Below are positions 63,929 through 64,000 of a stretch of 64,000 nt of DNA, one piece after another. The notes beneath the pieces are model-generated. The model saw only the letters and a list, made by a program, of their open reading frames with translations, ran no database searches and was not told the DNA's origin. Numbering within the stretch: position 1 is the stretch's first letter; each line of letters opens with the position of its first letter. The DNA comes from Ignavibacteriales bacterium (GTDB lineage: Bacteria > Bacillota > Sulfobacillia > JABLXB01): contig JBLNBR010000035.1 of the NCBI GenBank assembly GCA_050260105.1, positions 7,224-71,223 on the forward strand. The letters are read 5' to 3'. A program made the translations under genes and the position numbers.

Positions 63929-64000
63929 TCACGCACCCCCCGCGGCGGCGGTCTTTTCTACGACTCGAGTACTCCTTCGCGCCGCGCGCTCCGCCATGAT
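63929..64000 (-). CDS. rnfE: C-terminal 23 codons of an upstream gene, presumably rnfE (5' part outside the window)
   Basis: An open minus-strand frame ends at the TGA at 63931-63929, just upstream of the rnfA ATG at 63927. The identity is inferred only from the usual rnfCDGEAB order. Confidence 0.35.
   Translation of the reverse strand: MMAERAARRSTRVVEKTAAAGGA

Noticed and set aside
1-64000. Search for mobile-element, prophage or known defence-system hallmarks: integrase, transposase, terminal inverted repeats, tRNA attachment site, cas, BREX/DISARM partners, toxin-antitoxin pairs, reverse transcriptase.
   Set aside because: None were recognisable in any frame. The methyltransferase pair is the only defence-like content, and it lacks all known partner genes.

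Overview
This is a 64-kb window of high-GC (roughly 65%) chromosome. Gene content suggests a spore-forming Firmicute of the Clostridia, Limnochordia or Symbiobacterium type: SpoIVFB-like protease, CotF-type coat proteins, maf-radC-mreBCD-pbp2-minCDE-rodA, rnf, and the TIGR03960/TIGR03936 rSAM pair followed by rng. That placement is inference from gene content only. I call about 62 CDSs, mostly on the minus strand, and many are translationally coupled through ATGA, GTGA or TTGA overlaps. I found no rRNA, tRNA, CRISPR array, integrase or transposase. Functional blocks from the right end to the left on the minus strand are as follows. (1) rnfE(partial)-rnfA-rnfB-apbE, DUF4321, maf, radC, mreBCD, pbp2, minCDE, rodA. 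(2) A DtxR-family repressor convergent with feoA and a split feoB. (3) A galactitol-type PTS operon with a DeoR regulator. (4) metX behind a clear SAM-I riboswitch. (5) pyrK-pyrD-pyrF-pyrE behind a PyrR-like RNA site. (6) thiL, an L,D-transpeptidase, and a YitT-OCD-EamA operon. (7) A triple-GAF diguanylate cyclase and a MATE pump. (8) A compact, uncharacterised four-gene operon: radical SAM, PHP, hydantoinase-like, HDAC-like. (9) Coat proteins, glucokinase and a HAD hydrolase. (10) Two tandem paralogous N6-adenine DNA methyltransferase-like genes with no nuclease partner, followed by an XRE-cupin regulator. (11) An ECF transporter, an OYE reductase, AlaX and two MBL hydrolases. (12) M23 and M50 (SpoIVFA/B position) peptidases, the rSAM pair and rng. 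The most unusual items are the nuclease-less tandem methyltransferase pair, the four-gene rSAM/PHP/ASKHA/deacetylase operon, and a phased array of TGTGC-N4-GCACA palindromes in the intergenic region upstream of the metX riboswitch. Product calls rest on motif recognition by eye; no database search was run. Start codons are often ambiguous because the ORF track gives maximal ORFs.
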